DNA of 63,946 bases, counting the filler, from Octopus bimaculoides (lineage: Eukaryota): assembly GCF_001194135.2 (NCBI RefSeq). It is 6 parts of 6 records of this genome, joined end to end, with 100 filler letters (N's around TTAATTAATTAA, not from the genome) between each part and the next. Parts side by side here need not be neighbours in the genome. Positions count along the whole stretch, not along the records: positions 1 to 19,418 come from NW_026368497.1; positions 19,519 to 40,813 come from NC_068992.1; 4 more parts are not named here. One strand, given 5' to 3'. Positions 13,556 to 25,563 of the stretch are shown here, piece by piece. The notes under the pieces were generated by a model. That model had not been told where the DNA came from. It saw only the letters and a list, made by a program, of their open reading frames with translations, and ran no database searches. How positions within the stretch are numbered: position 1 is the first letter of the stretch; each line of letters starts with the position of its first letter. The position numbers were made by a program, and so were the translations under genes.

Positions 13556-13890
13556 GACGTCGAGGGTTCCAGTTGATCCGATCAACGGAACAGCCTGCTC
13601 GTAAAATTAACGTGCAAGTGGCTGAGCACTCCACAGACATGTGTACCCTTAACGTAGTTCTCAGGGATATTCAGCGTGACACAGTGTGACAAGGCTGGTC
13701 CCTCCAAAATACAGGTGCAACAGAAACAGGAAGAAAGAGTGAGAGGTAGTTGTGGTGAAACAGTACACCATCCCCTGTCAGAGTCTCGTGGAGCTTTCGG
13801 TGTTTTTGCTCAATAAACACTCACAACGCCCGGTCTGGGAATCGAAACCGCAAGTCCACTGCCCTAACTACTGGGCCATTGCGCCTCCAC
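13555..13890 (-). mobile_element. SINE-2 inserted next to the (TA)n of a SINE-1
   Basis: Reverse complement starts gtggaggcgcaatggcccagtagttagggcag...ggtttcgattccc; body matches other SINE-2 copies. Confidence 0.92.
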
Positions 13891-14128
13891 ACATTTGTAT
13901 GATATGGATGCACTAAAGTGTATAGTAAGAGTCATGGGGTTACTGTCTCCTTGCCTTGGCATTGTGTGGCAGCTGTAAACGAGTGTCACCATCATGCAAG
14001 CGGCAGATGGACATTAGAAACAGTTGAAAGGGTGTGGATAGAAGGAAATTTAGGTTATTATTTCTAGCATATAGAGTGACCACATTGAGGTCTCCTTCTC
14101 TCATGTCTTCTGCTGATTATTTTTCTTC

Positions 14129-14358
14129 TTAACCCTTTTGTTACAATATTTCTGTTGAGATGCTCTGTGTTTCTTTCAATTAATTTAAAATATAACAAAG
14201 AATTTAGTAAAATAACTTCGTTATCATTAAGCTAGTGTTAGGAACATAAATTGCGACTAAGGTTTGGTGGCAGATTTTGATTCAAAACTTGTGAAAACAA
14301 GACATTTGTACTACACAGGCAACGGCAATTTCAGGCAGGTTTGTATCGAAAGGGTTAA
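14129..14358. mobile_element. piggyBac-type MITE, copy 1 (TTAA TSD, CCC-starting TIR)
   Basis: TTAA-cccttttgttac ... gtatcgaaaggg-TTAA, 230 bp including TSDs. TTAA targets with CCC...GGG ends are established piggyBac hallmarks. Confidence 0.8.
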
Positions 14359-14499
14359 AAACACCTCTACATTTGGGCAGATGGACATTAGTAGTTCGAA
14401 GGTTGTGGATTGAAGGAAATTTAGGCTGTTATTTCTAGCATATAAAGTGATCACATTGAGGTCTCCTTCTCTCATGTCTTCTGCTGATTATTTTTCTTC

Positions 14500-14729
14500 T
14501 TAACCCTTTTGTTACCCTATTTCTGTTGAGATGCTCTGTGTTTCTTTCAATTAGTTTTAAATATAACAAAGAATTTAGTAAAATAACTTTGTTATAATTC
14601 AGCTAGTGTTAGGAACATAAATTGTGACTAAAATTTGATGGAAGATTTTAATTTAGAACTTATGAAAACAAGACATTTGTACTCGGAGCCAGAGGCAGGT
14701 TTAAGTCGGATTGGTATCAAAAGGGTTAA
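14500..14729. mobile_element. piggyBac-type MITE, copy 2
   Basis: TTAA-cccttttgttacc ... ggtatcaaaaggg-TTAA, 230 bp including TSDs; 12 of 13 TIR bases pair. Confidence 0.85.
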
Positions 14730-14924
14730 ATGGTAAATTGAAAAACATTTAATAATGCACAAACAAACAAAAAACAATCAAGATCACCAAATACCCATCG
14801 GTATAACTGTAAACCTACTTTTGGGGCCACCCTGTATTTAGATATCAGACAACGAGCTGGCAGAATCATTAGCATGCCGGTTGAAATGGTTAGTGGTATT
14901 TCGTCTGCCGTTACGTTCCAAACT

Positions 14925-15075
14925 GAAATTTACTTGTTTCAGTCATTTGACTGTGGCCATGCTGGAGCACCGCCCTTTTTAGTTGAACAATTCGACCCCA
15001 GGACTTATTCTTTGTAAGCCTAGTACTTATTCTGTCGGTCTCTTTTTGCCAAACTGCTAAGCTATGGGGGACATG
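14925..15075 (-). mobile_element. SINE-1 3' half
   Basis: cagtcatttgactgtggccatgctggagcaccgcc...ggacttattctttgtaagcctagtac. Confidence 0.85.
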
Positions 15076-15490
15076 TATATATGTGTGTATAAACAAAATA
15101 AGGGTACAAAGCATTCCATTCCATAATAAGTTAAAAATTATATCAAATGCACAAACAAACCAAAAACAAACACAAGTCCTGTGTACAGAATTTTTGTTAC
15201 TACTACTGAGATCTGCACCCATGGTCGACTTCACCGAGGCTCATGCCCATGGCTTCCATGCAGTCTTTTAGTAGGGATGTGCAGTTTAATGGTTAGAGGA
15301 ATAGATATACCACCAAAGCAGAGAAACCGAAATGGGAACCCTTTTCTTCTTTGTCTTTTTCCAGTTTTATCTGATCGCTTCCATTTTCTCTTCTAAAATG
15401 ATGAGTTATGTTGTTTCTTTACAGCAAGGGACCTGTTCTGCTCTAGACCCCTTTCTCCATAATTTTACCCTTTATCTTTCCTTTCAAGAG

Positions 15491-15760
15491 TTGGGCCTCA
15501 TGGAGGCAAAGTGGCTGAGTTCCCTTCAAGTGTTGGGCCTTGGGGAGGCAAAGTGACCGAGATCCTTTCAAGCATTGGGCCTCACAGAGGCAAAGTGGCT
15601 GAGTTCTTTTCAAGTGCTGGGCCTTGGGGAGGCAAAGTGGCCGAGATCCTTTCAAGCATTGGGCCTCACAGAGGCAAAGTGGCTGAGTTCTTTTCATGTG
15701 TTGGGCCTCACGGAGGCAAAGTGGCTGAGTTCTTTTCGAGTGCTGGGCCTCATGGAAGCA
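15491..15760 (+). repeat. 42-bp minisatellite, about 6.4 copies, at the ORF end of an RTE remnant
   Basis: Units start at 15491, 15533, 15575, 15617, 15659, 15701 and 15743; they read as 14-aa repeats (LGLTEAKWLSSFQV) that run into LGLMEAMT and the RTE tail. Confidence 0.9.
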
Positions 15761-16085
15761 ATGACCAAGACCTTTGGCATTAAGTCGTGCTTGAGAAGAA
15801 GACCCATCACGCTGAGCAAAATCACAGTCTTGCCAGATACGGGTGTCACACAAATTGGCACCCGTGCTGATGGCACGTAAAAGCACCCCAGTGTCATGCA
15901 AATGGCACCCATGTCGGTGACACGTAAAAGCACCCATTACACTCTCAGAGTGGTCGGTGTGAGGAAAGGCATCCAACCGTAAAAACCATGCCAAATCAGA
16001 CAGGAATCTGATGCAGCTTACCAGCCCTGGTCCAGCCGCCCAACCCATACCAGCATGGACAAGGGACATTAAATGATGATGATGA
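15760..16085 (+). mobile_element. RTE-type 3' end/3' UTR with (GAT)n tail
   Basis: Collinear with the reverse complement of 1318-1600 (gacctttggcatta..gcttgagaagaagacccatca..); ends gatgatgatgat. Confidence 0.8.
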
Positions 16086-17697
16086 TCTATCAGTATAAAG
16101 CTACCTCCTCTAGTTTCGTGGTCATGGAAACTGTACAGCAGCCTTCCAAATACTGGCGGTATGACAAAAAGAAACACATGCAGTGCACGCTGTTAAGTGG
16201 TTGGCGTTAGGAAGGGCACCCAGCCACAGAAGTCATAGAGCGTGATGCTGTCCTGGGCCCCATCAGATCCTCTCGAACCATCCAACCCATGCCAGTATGG
16301 ACCATTACATCACAATATTCAACAACGGATGCCGCTAAACTAACAGGACCATTCAGCATGCTAGAAATAGCAGCTTAGTTCTTCTCAGTTTAATTCACAG
16401 CCTGCTCTCTCTGGCCCCTTTGCTCACATTTTTTAACCTTTATCGTCTATAGCTTAAAACTGCCCCCTTGGGGTTCACAGACATGCAAGCTACATAGCAG
16501 CCTCATTAGTGCTTGTGGCATGTAAAAAAGCACCCGGACTATGCTGTAGTCTGGTCGGCATTAAGAAGGGCCTCCAGCCATGGAAACTGACCAGAAGTTG
16601 ACACTGGAGCACAATGAGGCCATTCAACATGCTAGAAATAGCAGCTAAGTTCTGCCACCGCACCATCACCAACACCAGCTCCACCGCCTACACTACTACT
16701 ACCACTGACAGCGCCAACACCACTACTACCAACACCAGTGTCACTATCGTCGCCATCACCTCAACCACCACCACTGTTATTACTACCATCATCATCATCA
16801 TCATCATCACCACCACCACCACCACTACAGACACANNNNNNNNNNNNNNNNNNNNNNNNNNNNNNNNNNNNNNNNNNNNNNNNNNNNNNNNNNNNNNNNN
16901 NNNNNNNNNNNNNNNNNNNNNNNNNNNNNNNNNNNNNNNNNNNNNNNNNNNNNNNNNNNNNNNNNNNNNNNNNNNNNNNNNNNNNNNNNNNNNNNNNNNN
17001 NNNNNNNNNNNNNNNNNNNNNNNNNNNNNNNNNNNNNNNNNNNNNNNNNNNNNNNNNNNNNNNNNNNNNNNNNNNNNNNNNNNNNNNNNNNNNNNNNNNN
17101 NNNNNNNNNNNNNNNNNNNNNNNNNNNNNNNNNNNNNNNNNNNNNNNNNNNNNNNNNNNNNNNNNNNNNNNNNNNNNNNNNNNNNNNNNNNNNNNNNNNN
17201 NNNNNNNNNNNNNNNNNNNNNNNNNNNNNNNNNNNNNNNNNNNNNNNNNNNNNNNNNNNNNNNNNNNNNNNNNNNNNNNNNNNNNNNNNNNNNNNNNNNN
17301 NNNNNNNNNNNNNNNNNNNNNNNNNNNNNNNNNNNNNNNNNNNNNNNNNNNNNNNNNNNNNNNNNNNNNNNNNNNNNNNNNNNNNNNNNNNNNNNNNNNN
17401 NNNNNNNNNNNNNNNNNNNNNNACCTAGATACCACACAACGACCAACCAATCACCCCCCCCCACGCACTGCCACCGCCACCACTGCCACCCCTCCCTCCA
17501 CTATTGCACAAGACAGCCAGTCATAGTTTGGACACAGTCCTAACTCCATGTGGGAGACAGACTTCTCCACAGACCCTGGATTCTTACATTTTTACCATCA
17601 CAAGGTAAGAGGGGACGCACACATATACACACACACACATATATACATATATGTATACACACTCATGCATTTATATATATACACACACACACATATT

Positions 17698-17728
<31 letters not shown>

Positions 17729-18999
17729 ATTCACAAGTTTATATATACTTACACAAACAAATACACATACACACCCATATATATACACATATATACACTC
17801 ATACATTTATATAGTTACACACACACATACATATATATACACTGACACATTTTTATATACACACACACATACATATACACATATATACACTCACACATAT
17901 ATACTCACACACACATAGCATGATGCTTATATATACAAACTCAAACGCATAAGTATATATACATTCACACATACTATAACACACGCATATATCACATATA
18001 TATATACACATGCGTATATTTATATNNNNNNNNNNNNNNNNNNNNNNNNNNNNNNNNNNNNNNNNNNNNNNNNNNNNNNNNNNNNNNNNNNNNNNNNNNN
18101 NNNNNNNNNNNNNNNNNNNNNNNNNNNNNNNNNNNNNNNNNNNNNNNNNNNNNNNNNNNNNNNNNNNNNNNNNNNNNNNNNNNNNNNNNNNNNNNNNNNN
18201 NNNNNNNNNNNNNNNNNNNNNNNNNNNNNNNNNNNNNNNNNNNNNNNNNNNNNNNNNNNNNNNNNNNNNNNNNNNNNNNNNNNNNNNNNNNNNNNNNNNN
18301 NNNNNNNNNNNNNNNNNNNNNNNNNNNNNNNNNNNNNNNNNNNNNNNNNNNNNNNNNNNNNNNNNNNNNNNNNNNNNNNNNNNNNNNNNNNNNNNNNNNN
18401 NNNNNNNNNNNNNNNNNNNNNNNNNNNNNNNNNNNNNNNNNNNNNNNNNNNNNNNNNNNNNNNNNNNNNNNNNNNNNNNNNNNNNNNNNNNNNNNNNNNN
18501 NNNNNNNNNNNNNNNNNNNNNNNNNNNNNNNNNNNNNNNNNNNNNNNNNNNNNNNNNNNNNNNNNNNNNNNNNNNNNNNNNNNNNNNNNNNNNNNNNNNN
18601 NNNNNNNNNNNNNNNNNNNNNNNNNNNNNNNNNNNNNNNNNNNNNNNNNNNNNNNNNNNNNNNNNNNNNNNNNNNNNNNNNNNNNNNNNNNNNNNNNNNN
18701 NNNNNNNNNNNNNNNNNNNNNNNNNNNNNNNNNNNNNNNNNNNNNNNNNNNNNNNNNNNNNNNNNNNNNNNNNNNNNNNNNNNNNNNNNNNNNNNNNNNN
18801 NNNNNNNNNNNNNNNNNNNNNNNNNNNNNNNNNNNNNNNNNNNNNNNNNNNNNNNNNNNNNNNNNNNNNNNNNNNNNNNNNNNNNNNNNNNNNNNNNNNN
18901 NNNNNNNNNNNNNNNNNNNNNNNNNNNNNNNNNNNNNNNNNNNNNNNNNNNNNNNNNNNNNNNNNNNNNNNNNNNNNNNNNNNNNNNNATATATATATA

Positions 19000-19142
19000 T
19001 ATACACACAATGGGCTTCTTTCAGCTTCTGTCTGTCAGATCCACTTAAAAGGCTTTTGTCGGCCCGTGGCTATAGTAAAAAAAACTTCACCAAAGTGCCA
19101 TGCAGTGGGATTGAACCCGGAGCCATGTGGTTGGGAAGCAAG

Positions 19143-19180
<38 letters not shown>

Positions 19181-19390
19181 GACAGGCTTCTTTAAGTTTC
19201 CCAGTTTGCATCTACCAAATCTGCTCACAAGGCTTTGGTTGGCCTGAAGCTACAAATATCTTGCCCAAAGTACCATATACACACACACACATATATATGA
19301 TGGGCTTCTTTCAGTTTCCAACGTCCAATTCCATTCATGAGGCTTTGGTTGCTCAGAGGCTATAAAAAACTTGCTCAAGGTGCTATACAC
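19000..19390 (-). mobile_element. three successive partial SINE-1 5' halves
   Basis: The gggcttctttcag motif and the following SINE-1 sequence recur at about 19012, 19182 and 19301, separated by short microsatellites. Confidence 0.7.
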
Positions 19391-19418
19391 ACACACACAC
19401 ACACACATAAATATATAG

Positions 19419-19518
19419 NNNNNNNNNNNNNNNNNNNNNNNNNNNNNNNNNNNNNNNNNNNNTTAATTAATTAANNNNNNNNNNNNNNNNNNNNNNNNNN
19501 NNNNNNNNNNNNNNNNNN
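19419..19518. other. artificial scaffold join (44N-TTAATTAATTAA-44N)
   Basis: TTAATTAATTAA at 19463-19474, exactly centred in 100 bp; it gives stop codons in all six frames. Confidence 0.95.
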
Positions 19519-19522
19519 ATAT

Positions 19523-19610
19523 AGGAGCACTCCGTCGGTCACGACGACGAGGGTCCCAGCTGATACGATCAACGGAACAGCCTGCTCGTGAAATTAACGT
19601 GCAAGTGGCT
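19523..19610 (-). mobile_element. SINE-2 3' fragment at scaffold edge
   Basis: gcactccgtcggtcacgacgacgagggtcccagctgatacgatcaacggaacagcctgctcgtgaaattaacgtgcaagtggct. Confidence 0.85.
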
Positions 19611-19619
19611 CATTTTCTC

Positions 19620-20125
19620 TTCCTGTCTTCACGCTGACCTATCTCCTCATTCTAATCATACACATCCCTCCCTCACCACATTCTATCCAGAATAATACCA
19701 ATACATTCTCAAATTTTCATTCACACAACAAAATACTTTCGAATGAACAACAAAAAATCCACGGCTCCGTACTGAGAAATGACTAATCATGAACTACTAT
19801 TGGAACTTACATACCATGTGCAGGAAAATTTTTTACCATTTCTATACGCCACTTTACTCGAATAATGGAACTGCAACTACAATGTTTTATATTTTACTTC
19901 TACTTTCATTCTCTTATTCCCCTTTATATTCCACAGCTCCTCCTTTTCCACAATAATTCCTTATTTTGATCCCAAACCATTACCTCGATTTAACCATCTC
20001 ACATCGTCTCTGATGAAGGCATTTCCATAATATCCCAGAAACAGCTCTAAGACTATATCTATAACTCTTTCCTTATAAATATCCTGAAAAATCACCGTTG
20101 GTTTTGTTATCTGTTGTAGTCTAAT
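19620..20125 (+). mobile_element. possible Penelope-like terminal repeat remnant carrying a hammerhead fold
   Basis: Inference from the hammerhead motif at 20006-20053 and the known association of minimal hammerheads with Penelope-like elements; no RT or GIY-YIG frame recognised. Confidence 0.35.
20006..20053 (+). ncRNA. minimal type-I hammerhead ribozyme-like fold, degenerate
   Basis: GUCU / CUGAUGA / A / GGCAUUU-CCAU-AAUAUCCC / A / GAAA / CAGCUC-UA / AGAC. Stem I pairs 4 of 4 and stem II is imperfect. Stem III is one base from the palindrome ACAGCUGU. Confidence 0.6.
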
Positions 20126-20133
20126 AATAAATA

Positions 20134-20164
<31 letters not shown>

Positions 20165-20459
20165 NNNNNNNNNNNNNNNNNNNNNTATATATATGTGTGT
20201 AAACATAATCACTCAGCCTGTCCTGCCAGTCTGGGTTTGTGATTTCAAATGTTTTTTTTGTACAAAGACTTGTGTCGCTATGTATTCATGTGTTCAGTTT
20301 AACACCTGAATGCGCCTGCCTGTTTATGTTACAACGGAAAGTAACGCCTTGTATTTAGTTGGTCTAAGGTTCACATGCCCTGGTTTTTGAAATCATTATT
20401 TATCGAAATATATTTTCACACAACTCCCCTCAACAGAATGATGATTTTGTTACAAGTCT

Positions 20460-20625
20460 GCAATTTGTGGGGAGGACGTAAGTCGATACCATCGGCCTCA
20501 GGGTTCAACTTATTTTATCTATTGCAAAAGGTTGAGAATCTAATTCGACCTAGATGGGTTTCGAACTCGATACGTGATGACAGACGAAATGTCGCTATAC
20601 ATTCTGCCAGCTCGCCACCTTTCTT
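20460..20625 (-). mobile_element. SINE-3, degenerate
   Basis: Reverse complement begins ggtggcgagctggcagaatgtatagcgac and has gagttcgaaaccc (B-box-like). Confidence 0.6.
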
Positions 20626-23273
20626 CCCTCAATAGTATAATGTATGTTGTTGTTTCGCCTAGGTAGTCTTGTCTGAAGAAACGACTGCATGCCATTGGAA
20701 GCTCGAGTCTAACTGGACCGGCTTAAACCTACCATTGCGCCCTACGTTTGTTTGAATGCTTTTTTTACTCTTGTTCGTAACTTAAAGAGCGTATATATAT
20801 ATACATAAGCACGTGAGTATGTATGGGTGTGCCTGTGCATGTGTGCATATATATGTCTGTGTTTATGTGTGTGATTACAAACTAAAGTAGACGTTCAAGT
20901 AATCAGGTAAGCTTTCCCATTTATATATCGTATATACACCATTAGAATAGAAGTGTATAATTATTAGCAATAATCTTAATAGCTCAATTCGCACTTTCAT
21001 TACTTCACTTACCGATACAGGCAAATCAATTTTTACAAACTGAGGTCTTGTATATAGAACTTCAATAGCACATTAAAAGTGAAAATATTGTTTTTCCATA
21101 TCAATTATTGCTTCAGACATAAAGTAGATGTTTTGGGATAGAAAGGTTCATCATCAGTCTGGCGTAATAACTGACATAATAACTGACATAATATATTCCT
21201 GTTTTGGAAAGTAAAATAAAAATAAGTAGTATGAAGAAACATTCTACATTTTGAAAGTGATATCCTTTTATATAATATCCATTTACGTAAGTTCCACAAA
21301 CCGATATTTATAAAATGATTAGCAACATATTTTCTAATTTTTTCTCCGTTCACCTAAAAGTTGAGAATGTAAATTACAATGTTTCCCATAATTCTGTTTT
21401 GTTTTGAAAGCATCAAAGCTGCGACGTTCTTTTGGAGGATATTTGCATTCATATCGCGAAAATCCTCGAACGTACTTTCTTTTTGATTTCTTACAAATCC
21501 GAGAAAAAAAGTGATCACTCTTTTCGGATTTTTTACCAAGGAATATGGAAGCAGAATTTTGGCTTTAGATTAGAGTGAATGAATTTATTCTCAGTATAAA
21601 ACTTATCTAATTCCTGATAGGTATTATACGTATATCATGACTACTAAAGCCTATGTTTACACAATAACATTTGTTATTGTTATGATCCACCTCACTAATC
21701 CTTGCTTGTAGAAGAAAGCTTATCATTTATTAATGCCATACTGTAGTTTACTAATTCTTTGTTTTCATATCTGGCCATCTAATTCATTGTGATTTGATAC
21801 AGCTTACTAATTCCTGATTTCGAACCATAGTTTACTAATACCTATTGAATTATTTCTGTTTTATTAATTCCCAGTTTGATAAGCTAGCTTATAAATTCTT
21901 TGCTTATTTCTGGATTACAATGCAGTGTTAGGCTGTAAGTAATCAACTCTAAGATCGGCAATGTGGCTTATCACTTTTTGAAGTAAGGTTTGAATTTATT
22001 AATATCTATGCTATTGATTTCATTCCTAACGTATCAATATTATCTTGTTGCAGTCTCGAGTTTTGAAATTTAAGTTAGTCTTTTATTGAGGCACTCAATA
22101 AGACACTTCAACACATGTTTACTCATATTACATGTAGAATATGTAAGCGGTTTATTATAAATTTGCATTGTAATATATTATCGTTGTTAATACAAAAGCA
22201 ACTGACTATCAAGCAATATTGAACAGAATTTATATAATCATTTGCCATATTCTTATGAATATGTATTCCTTTTGATATAACTCTATAGAGGAACCTTGCT
22301 TTAGCAGGAATATTTAATGTTATCTTTCAACTACGGTGGTTGCACTCTAATATCATCACCCGGGAATTTGGGATTTTGCTCCCCAGTAATTTGAAACAGC
22401 ATTAATTCAATGCCACCACAAACAGAGATTAAATAAAATATAAGTTGAGAGTGAAAGCTTATTCGCAATATCTTAAACAAATATATTATGGAGATGCTAG
22501 TACGATCCTTTCCACTACAGTGTATATATCTCTTCTGCGAAAATAAATACCAACATTACATTGTTGCTTTAGCAAGCAACATCGCTCTTTGTGTACAAGC
22601 ATACATATACACATACACACAGAGATATTATTTTTGGCATACATGCATACATTTATGTGTTCGTGTACATGTGTCTGTGTGTGCGTGTGTGTGTGCGCAT
22701 GTAAGTATATTTGTTTTGAAATTGATTTAAGTTTCATTAGAATTTCAGCGTATGAAAAAATATCTCAAATATTCTGGCAGTCGCCAGTAACACACAGTTT
22801 CGCCTTAGTTTACTAGAAAGAATGCCAACAACGACTGTATATCAAGCACAATGCTAAAATTAAATATATATATGGGTGCACATACATACAGGCAAGATAC
22901 ACATATCTATATATGTGTGTGTATGTGTGTGAGTGTGTGTATGTATATATATATACATATATATATGTACACATATGTATATATATNNNNNNNNNNNNNN
23001 NNNNNNNNNNNNNNNNNNNNNNNNNNNNNNNNNNNNNNNNNNNNNNNNNNNNNNNNNNNNNNNNNNNNNNNNNNNNNNNNNNNNNNNNNNNNNNNNNNNN
23101 NNNNNNNNNNNNNNNNNNNNNNNNNNNNNNNNNNNNNNNNNNNNNNNNNNNNNNNNNNNNNNNNNNNNNNNNNNNNNNNNNNNNNNNNNNNNNNNNNNNN
23201 NNNNNNNNNNNNNNNNNNNNNNNNNNNNNNNNNNNNNNNNNNNNNNNNNNNNNNNNNNNNNNNNNNNNNNNNN

Positions 23274-23313
<40 letters not shown>

Positions 23314-24052
23314 GTATGCATGTATGTATATATGTATTTGCATACATAGAGCGAATATCATATATTATGTTACATTCTTATAAAAAGCTGAAAGTTGGCT
23401 GTGTCGCCTAAGACATTATATTATAGTGAATAGATATAATTTCATAATAAATAAGTATCGATTGCGTAAGCATTCTTTATTAAATAAACGAAAAACCTAC
23501 GTTTTAGAATATATATCATTGCCTAAGAAATGAGGCGATCGAACGCTGTATTTCTTATGTATTTGTCTGAAGAAGATTACACAGTGAAATACATTAATAT
23601 TTCGTAATTAGATAAATAATAATATTTACTTGGAGAACAAATAACTTAAAGGAAAACGCAACAAAACAACAGAAGCAGATAAAAGAAGTACTCAAAATAG
23701 TAAGAAATTGAATTAGGCAAACAAGAGTAAATTGACGATCATTAAATAAAAGTGTCTCAAAGGAAAATACGTGAGAATGTCGCACGAAACTTGTAAACAC
23801 CAATTAAATATTGATTTAATTTACAGACAGAACACCTTAAATTAATAGAAACTCGGGTAAAAAGTGTAGTATCTTCACCTCTCGGAAGTTATTGTAGCGT
23901 AAACGAATTGGAAATGTAACAGTACAAGAAATGAACTCTAGTGAGCAAACACACAGACAAACACACACACACACACACACACACACAGAAGCACAGACCC
24001 ACACACACACACACACACACAATACGCACACACACAACACGCGCACACACAC

Positions 24053-24094
<42 letters not shown>

Positions 24095-24243
24095 NNNNNN
24101 NNNNNNNNNNNNNNNNNNNNNNNNNNNNNNNNNNNNNNNNNNNNNNNNNNNNNNNNNNNNNNNNNNNNNNNNNNNNNNNNNNNNNNNNNNNNNNNNNNNN
24201 NNNNNNNNNNNNNNNNNNNNNNNNNNNNNNNNNNNNNNNNNNN

Positions 24244-24293
<50 letters not shown>

Positions 24294-25169
24294 ATACCTG
24301 TATGTTCTTGCATGTGTGTGTGGGTGAGAGCATATGTATATATGTATATGTGTGTATGTGCATTCATACACAATGCCCGTATACTTACTTACACAGACAC
24401 ACATACACAGACACACACACGCATACATATACATATATATTTAACAGAATCAGAACCAAGCAGTGATTATGCATACGCGAAATTTAGGTTAGTTAAAATA
24501 TCTGTGACATATTTCAAGTTCTAAATGTAATTCTACTGTAGTTACCGTGGAGGAGAAACTCTCTGTTATGGTAAAATATGAAAACCTTATATCTGCCCAG
24601 TGCTGTCCTCTATTGGATTCCCACGCTCAGCGTTTCTGCCTCTTTGGTCTACCTAAATGGAACATGCCGAAGAGAGGCAATTCTTACAAGATTCAAAGCC
24701 GAAGCTTTAACTAAATGCAGTCAACAACATTGACTGAGTTGCTCTGTTGGACCACCCGGTTGGGGGAATTTGCAATAGAGCGCAACACAGAGCAAGCACG
24801 GAGTTTTTACACCTTTTACCACAAGAGGGAATTCTTTCTCAGCGGTAACTCTAGTGAATTTGCCTTTAGAAGTTCAGATATGTTAGAAAAAGTATTTTAA
24901 CTAACCTAAAGTTGGTCAAAACACTATGTTTGCAATAAGTCGCACTGTGTATTAAACAATGCACCAAATAGACAGCTCAATCCTTGACTTTCATTAATAG
25001 TTAAAATGGTCTTAATAACAAATGAACGAAAATACTAGTTCACACATATTCCAGGTACAGTATTGTACAAAGGAAATATAGAAGATGACGGTATGTCCGA
25101 TAATAAGAATTTTCAGATAGTTTTCAGTCTTTACCTTCCTCACACTTTAAAACACACACACGCACACAT

Positions 25170-25543
25170 CTGTAGAGAGCAAATAATTGGGTTCTTCTCG
25201 ACGACAATGCACCCTGTCACCGAGCTCTCCACACTCGTGAGCTTCTCGCCACTAACGAGATATTATCACTTCCGTACCCGCCCTATTCGTGATACTTAGC
25301 ATTGGGGACTTCCATCCCCAAGATAAAAATGCAGCTCGTATGTCGCTGTTTTAACACTGTTATCGAGATCCAAAGCGAGTCGCAGAAGGTCCTCGACTTA
25401 CGAAAAATGACTTTCAGGCCGCATTCTACAAGTGACAGGAACGCTGGGACCGGTGTAATGCCACGAAAGCTGACTATTTTGAAGTAGAAAGTTACTTTTT
25501 ATTGAACATATGTAGTCTGGGAATCTTTTGATACCACCGCGTA
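25170..25543 (+). mobile_element. mariner transposase C-terminal fragment plus right TIR ending in TA
   Basis: Translates NNWVLLDDNAPCHRALHTRELLATNEILSLPYPPYS*YL..., then KIKMQL..R.FNTV.EIQSESQKVLD. This matches the mariner DNAPxH and PYSPDL motifs. Ends gaatcttttgataccaccgcg-TA. Confidence 0.85.
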
Positions 25544-25563
25544 CTGATAACAATATTTTCATT

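Larger units (their letters stand above)
14002..14729. repeat. diverged tandem duplication, unit about 370 bp
   Basis: ggcagatggacattag at 14002 and 14376; the flank and the MITE are both repeated with scattered substitutions. Confidence 0.9.

Noticed and set aside
14760-14838. Tc1/mariner-like TIR stub ending ggccaccctgta
   Set aside because: No matching opposite TIR or transposase nearby.
4059-15760. CRISPR-like reading of the 42-, 69- and 152-bp arrays
   Set aside because: They are head-to-tail repeats without unique spacers, in eukaryotic DNA with no cas genes.
17514-17610. Candidate exon ending at AAG|GTAAGA (MWETDFSTDPGFLHFYHHK)
   Set aside because: Isolated good donor, weak acceptor, no partner exon and no recognisable protein.
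23560-23605. ctgaagaag...gtgaaatac motif
   Set aside because: No credible stem I or stem II pairing.
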